DNA from: an uncultured delta proteobacterium
GTDB lineage: Bacteria > Desulfobacterota > Binatia > UBA9968
Length of the DNA: 64,000 nucleotides
Assembly (NCBI GenBank): GCA_963816145.1
Contig: CAWFJP010000009.1
Span: 1-64,000, forward strand
Direction of reading: 5' to 3'
Below are positions 59,727-64,000 of this stretch, piece after piece. Below the pieces are notes generated by a model. It did no database searches. It saw only the letters and a program-made list of their open reading frames with translations, and was not told the DNA's origin. Position 1 is the stretch's first letter; each line of letters begins with the position of its first letter. The position numbers and the translations under genes are program-made.

Positions 59727-60638
59727 TTGATAGAAACCAAACAGGAACAAACCGAAGTGAATCTAGCAAAACATATTGAGGCACGCAGGGTCACTGGCAG
59801 CAGCAAGGGTGCGAGCACCGCTGTGGCGCCCTTAAAGAAGGGAAAACTGCAGGTTCACCGCTTTGTCATCCCTTACCGCGTGTACGGCGCCGCCGAAGAC
59901 ACCCTGGTTTTTATCAATGGAATCCAACAGTCGATGGCCATGTGGCATAGTTTTGTGCGTCGATTCGAGACGAACTACCGGATCGTTTTGTTTGACAATC
60001 CGCATCAGGGGACAAGCCGGATAGTCAGCGGATCAAGCACGGTCACCCTGGACGAGCAGGTCGAAATATTGGATGCGGTGGTTAAGGCGACGAGCGGAGC
60101 GACTCGGCCGACGATTTGCTCGGCGTCATGGGGCGGGGTCGTGGCGTTGGCCTACGCGGCGCGCCATCCGGAACGGCTGAGAAGTTTGATCTTGGCGAGT
60201 ATGGGCATGAAGGCGAATCAAGCGATGACCGAGTTGATCACCAGGGGATTATCCATGCCGAGCAAAGACGCGTCAACGGTGGCCGAGACTTTGATCCAGG
60301 GTGTTGGTCAAGAACTGCCGGAGGCGATGAAGGGTCGAATACTCGGCCAGTTTCAACGCATGAGCACTGAGGCGTTAGAGGCTTTTTTTCAACATGGCTT
60401 GACGGTCATATCGGTGCGCGATTTGACCGAGGTTGTCGACCTGAGCAAAGTCGAGTGCACGACCATGCTTTTGCATGGCGAGAACGACGTCATCATTGAC
60501 ACGGAAGATGTTCAGTCGTTGGCGGCACAGATTGCCCACGCAGAGATGCGCACGATCAAGGATGTCGGACATTTTCTCCATCTCGAAAAGGAAGCGATCT
60601 TGGATGTGTATGAAGAAGTCCTTGCCTCACTGCGCTAA
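59727..60638 (+). CDS. Alpha/beta hydrolase of RhlA/PhaG type (3-hydroxyacyl-ACP transacylase-like)
   Basis: ING, VLFD.P..G.SR, VEIL, SASWGG nucleophile elbow, NQAM, VG..LP, GHFL.LE. Confidence 0.75.
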   Translation: MIETKQEQTEVNLAKHIEARRVTGSSKGASTAVAPLKKGKLQVHRFVIPYRVYGAAEDTLVFINGIQQSMAMWHSFVRRFETNYRIVLFDNPHQGTSRIVSGSSTVTLDEQVEILDAVVKATSGATRPTICSASWGGVVALAYAARHPERLRSLILASMGMKANQAMTELITRGLSMPSKDASTVAETLIQGVGQELPEAMKGRILGQFQRMSTEALEAFFQHGLTVISVRDLTEVVDLSKVECTTMLLHGENDVIIDTEDVQSLAAQIAHAEMRTIKDVGHFLHLEKEAILDVYEEVLASLR

Positions 60639-60770
60639 GAGGCTGTGTCGCAACTGTCATTTCGAGGTGAAGCCGAGAAATCTCTTCTTCGTATGTGGCT
60701 GAAAACACCAGATCCCTCGCTGCGCTCGGAATGACAGATGTGCCACATTTGCGCATTGCGACACAGTCTG
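60639..60770 (-). mobile_element. 132-bp MITE, copy 2 (TSD TAA, which is the stop codon of the upstream gene)
   Basis: taa|gaggctgtgtcgcaa ... ttgcgacacagtctg|taa, with the core inverted relative to copies 1 and 3. Confidence 0.92.
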
Positions 60771-61305
60771 TAAGCGGATATAGAACGCGTCGGCCGGTGA
60801 TAAAGTGCCGAGCGATTGGCGACGAAGGGCAAGAGCCGAGCACCGAGTGTCGGGGGTCGAGGGGGGAGGAGAACCGCATCCCTTGAACGCTTCGCTGTGA
60901 TTTATGTCGACCTTCGGAACGACTCCCTTGACCCTGTCTGCTACTGTGCAATTGTTGAATGGACCCGAACGTTCAAAGACGGGGTTTGTTCGTGGTTCCG
61001 TGGGTCGTCGAATGCGGGTCGTTGGCTTCTGCCCATCGTACTGTTCAACCGAACGAATCCAAGAAACTTGATCGAGCCGAGCCGCTCCTGAGATCAATCG
61101 AAGGAACGCCAGGCTCGCAAAGAAAAATGTTTAAGTTGTTTCGCCAATCCTTGGCGCCTATGCCCGGCGATTTTATTCAAGGTGGTGCGGTTCTCGAACC
61201 ACGTGAGTGCGCGAGGCATCGTTATTTTCCGACCTGCTCGTCATCGCAAAATTTCAAAAACGTAACTGTACTGCTGCGAAATTGAAAAAGGATGAAAGAG
61301 TGCGA

Positions 61306-62379
61306 ATGAAAAGAATAACTGTGAGTCTGTTTTTGCTGGCTGGCCTGAGCGGTTGCGCGAGCATCGGTCCTGGGAACGTGGCGCGCGATCGATTCGATTA
61401 CATTTCGGCGATCTCCGATTCCTGGAAGGCGCAGATGCTGCTCAATCTCGTCAAGCTTCGCTATGGGGATGCGCCGGTGTTTCTCGATGTCGCCTCGGTG
61501 ATCACCCAGACGGGTCTCCAGGGCACATTGGCAGTATCGGGCACCTGGTGGCAAAATATCTTGCAACTTCCCTTTACGTCAAACGCGGGTATCACGGCTG
61601 CGGGGACTTATGGCGAAAAGCCCACCGTTACTTACCTGCCGATGAGCGGAGAAAAGTTTGCCCGTAGTCTGATGACGCCGATTCCGCCTGGGGCGGTTCT
61701 AAGTTTTCTCCAGGCCGGCTATCCGGCAGATATTGTGCTGCGGCTCACCGTGCATACCATCAATGGCATACATAGCCGCTACGGCTACGGTGCACGCGCG
61801 CGCGATGCCGATCCCGAGTTTTATCCGCTCGTCGAAAAGTTGCGCAGAATTCAGGAATCCGGGGAAATCGGCCTGCGAGTGAAAAAAACCGGCAACCAGG
61901 CCGAGACCTTAATCGTATTTGGTAAAAAGCCCAACCCGGCGATACAGGAGGATCGCGCCGAGGTGCGCAAACTTCTCGGTGTGGATCCTCAGGCCGACGA
62001 GTTTAGCGTGGTTTACGGCTCGGTGGCCGCCAACGACAGAGAGTTTGCTCTGCTGACCCGTTCGGTGCTCGAAATCATCACCGATCTATCTTCGTACATC
62101 GATGTGCCGGCAGCTAGTGTGGAGCAAAAGCGCACGTTTCCGTCGCCGGCGCCGGAATCGGTGAACGGCGCTGCCGTGCCGACACTGATGCGGATTGTCA
62201 GCTCATCGCAAAAACCCGCGGATGCCTTTGCCGCTGTGCCGTATGGTCCAGACTGGTACTGGATCGACGACAAAGATTTCGCTTCGAAGCGGCTGTTTTC
62301 TTTTATCATGTTTCTCTTCACGCTGACCGAAACCGGGGACAAGCAAGGCGCACCGATCGTCACGATCCCGGCGGGCTGA
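61306..62379 (+). CDS. Conserved hypothetical lipoprotein
   Basis: Lipobox LSGC; RDRFDY..AI..SWK.QMLLNLVKLRY.D.PVFLDV, PTVTY.P..GEKF, W.WIDD.D..SK..F, P.VTIP. Confidence 0.82.
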   Translation: MKRITVSLFLLAGLSGCASIGPGNVARDRFDYISAISDSWKAQMLLNLVKLRYGDAPVFLDVASVITQTGLQGTLAVSGTWWQNILQLPFTSNAGITAAGTYGEKPTVTYLPMSGEKFARSLMTPIPPGAVLSFLQAGYPADIVLRLTVHTINGIHSRYGYGARARDADPEFYPLVEKLRRIQESGEIGLRVKKTGNQAETLIVFGKKPNPAIQEDRAEVRKLLGVDPQADEFSVVYGSVAANDREFALLTRSVLEIITDLSSYIDVPAASVEQKRTFPSPAPESVNGAAVPTLMRIVSSSQKPADAFAAVPYGPDWYWIDDKDFASKRLFSFIMFLFTLTETGDKQGAPIVTIPAG

Positions 62380-62414
62380 TGAGCGTTGTCTTTCCTTCTG
62401 CGCTTCGCGCCTTT

Positions 62415-62546
62415 GAGGCTGTGTCGTAATGCGCAAACGCCCCACATCTGTCATCCCGAGCGCAGCGAGGGATCTCGTGTTTTCAGCCACATACGAAGAA
62501 GAGATTTCTCGGCTTCACCTCGAAATGACAGTTGCGACACAGTCTG
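62415..62546 (+). mobile_element. 132-bp MITE, copy 3 (TSD TTT), inserted into another REP-like repeat
   Basis: ttt|gaggctgtgtcgtaa ... ttgcgacacagtctg|ttt; the reconstructed empty site reads cttcgcgcctttgcgggagaaatatcc. Confidence 0.92.
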
Positions 62547-62652
62547 TTTGCGGGAGAAATATCCTAATCCGAGAAATTTTGGCCGTCGGACAGTGCGCAA
62601 CCTGCACAAAAGGAGTTTATTACACATGGGACTTGAATCCGATCTTCTGGCG

Positions 62653-62994
62653 ATGTACCGAAAACTGATACTTTTATTGGCTATTTCTCTAACGTTGCTT
62701 TCGGGTTGCGCGAGCGAACCGGTTCCAGTTTATGCGCCCGGGCCGAGTTCTTTCGACCGGGCTTGGAGCGCGGCCCTTGGCGCGGCGCGGGATGAGGGTG
62801 TTCAGATTGTTTCTGAAGACCGGGTGAGTGGAATGATTAATGGCGCGAGAGGCGATCAAGAAGTGACGATTTTAATGCGCGCGCAAGCCGACGGGAGCGT
62901 GCGAGTGGAGTTTAGTCAGCGCGGTCCGAAAGGTTCGGACCCCGGACTCGCCGGCCGGATCTCGCGTGCGTACGACCGGCGCATGGGTCGGTAG
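62653..62994 (+). CDS. Small lipoprotein
   Basis: MYRKLILLLAISLTLLSGC lipobox; SFDRAW.AALGA..D.GV, QADGSVRV, YDRRMGR. Confidence 0.78.
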   Translation: MYRKLILLLAISLTLLSGCASEPVPVYAPGPSSFDRAWSAALGAARDEGVQIVSEDRVSGMINGARGDQEVTILMRAQADGSVRVEFSQRGPKGSDPGLAGRISRAYDRRMGR

Positions 62995-63036
62995 ACCAGA
63001 TGTTTTCTTAAGCTCAGTAATGGGTGGGGATACATT

Positions 63037-64000
63037 ATGACCAAACGACTTAAAATCTGTTTAATCAATCCCAAGTTTGAACCTTCGTACTGGGGGTTCG
63101 ATTATGCGTTACCGCTCTATCCGGGGAGCGTAAAGTGTACGATGGTGACCGGCTCGTTACCCCACCTAGCGGCGCTCACGCCCGACCACGACGTCACGCT
63201 GTTGGACGAAAATGTCGAAGCCATCGATTTCGACACATTGTCGCAGTTTGACCTTGTCGGCGTCACCGGCATGAACGTGCAGAAAGATCGCATGCGCGAG
63301 ATTCTGCTCGAGCTGCGTGAGCGCAAGATTTTCACCGTCGTCGGCGGCGCCTACGCCTCTGTTGACGAGGAGTTCTTCGATGGGCTGTGTGATGTGCTTT
63401 TTACCGGTGAAGCCGATGAAACTTGGCCCAAGTTCGTTGAGCAGTTTGCCGCGGGCCAGTCTTACGAGAGCTTCTTCAAGCAAGCCGAGCCGACCGACAT
63501 GACCAGCTTGCCAACGCCAAGATTCGATCTGCTCAAAGTTAAGCGCTACGCGACGGGGTCCGTGCAGTTTTCGCGCGGCTGCCCGTTTCAATGCGAGTTC
63601 TGCGACATCATCGTGACTTTTGGCCGCCGGCCGCGGTTGAAACGGCCGCAACAGGTGATCGAGGAACTCGATGCATTGCGTAAATTGGGATTTCTTGGCG
63701 CCTTTATCGTCGATGATAATTTCATCGGCAATAAGAAAGCAGCCAAACAACTATTGCGAGCGATTATTTCCTGGCAAAAGCAGCACGGCTATCCGTTGCG
63801 CTTGAACACCGAAGCGAGCGTCAATTTGGCCGATGATCCTGAGCTGCTTGACTTGCTCTACCAGGCCAATTTTCGCTCGGTATTCATCGGCATTGAGACA
63901 CCGCGAGTCGCATCCCTTAATGAAACCAAGAAATTTCAAAACGTCGCTGGAGATGATCTTGACTCAAAGCTAGCCCGTATCCAAAACAGTGGAATAGATA
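63037..64000 (+). CDS. Cobalamin-dependent radical SAM protein (DUF4070/HpnP-like clade), 3'-truncated by the window
   Basis: Own translation: MTKRLKICLINPKFEPSYWGFDYALP...DENVE...VGG.YAS...GEAD...QFSRGCPFQCEFCDII...VDDNFIG...TEASV...FIGIETP. The frame is open to the window end. Confidence 0.9.
   Translation, partial: MTKRLKICLINPKFEPSYWGFDYALPLYPGSVKCTMVTGSLPHLAALTPDHDVTLLDENVEAIDFDTLSQFDLVGVTGMNVQKDRMREILLELRERKIFTVVGGAYASVDEEFFDGLCDVLFTGEADETWPKFVEQFAAGQSYESFFKQAEPTDMTSLPTPRFDLLKVKRYATGSVQFSRGCPFQCEFCDIIVTFGRRPRLKRPQQVIEELDALRKLGFLGAFIVDDNFIGNKKAAKQLLRAIISWQKQHGYPLRLNTEASVNLADDPELLDLLYQANFRSVFIGIETPRVASLNETKKFQNVAGDDLDSKLARIQNSGID

Noticed and set aside
62386-62652. N-terminal extension of the 202-aa ORF, and similar ORFs at 2861, 3050, 60635 and 62203
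   Set aside because: These are read-through of the MITE's open frames. The lipoprotein starts at 62653.
63117-63939. Minus-strand ORFs at the window end
   Set aside because: The real gene is the plus-strand radical SAM CDS from 63037, which lacks a stop in the window.
1-64000. tRNA, rRNA, riboswitch, prophage or defence genes
   Set aside because: None recognised by eye. A covariance-model scan (Rfam, tRNAscan-SE) is needed to exclude small RNAs.

Overview
A bacterial accessory/patchwork region of moderately high GC (judged by eye). The repeat families and an expanded ABC substrate-binding protein family suggest a Candidatus Binatia-like deltaproteobacterium (inference). Intact content: (i) many envelope, lipid and secreted-protein genes (OmpA, ClsC-type PLD, two PlsC-type acyltransferases, patatin, PagL-like deacylase, an RhlA/PhaG-like hydrolase, DUF2092, SYLF, META, DUF4105); (ii) a lower-GC glycan island at ~12.8-20 kb (methyltransferase-coiled-coil-GT2 fusion with 75-bp tandem repeats, GT4, algJ-like, frameshifted algI-like); (iii) a pgi-gnd-zwf-pgl-rpiB pentose-phosphate cluster; (iv) a solute-binding protein coupled to an atypical DAACS symporter, followed by EAL and USP genes; (v) an OmpR/HAMP-kinase pair with an HtrA protease; (vi) an arylsulfatase neighbourhood; (vii) two B12-dependent radical SAM genes, the second running off the window end and absent from the ORF track. 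Intergenic DNA holds short gene shards and several REP-like palindrome families. A 132-bp MITE is present in three copies, each with a 3-bp target-site duplication and a different combination of ends. I found no rRNA, tRNA, CRISPR array, integron or intact transposase. All family calls come from motif recognition by eye, not database searches.
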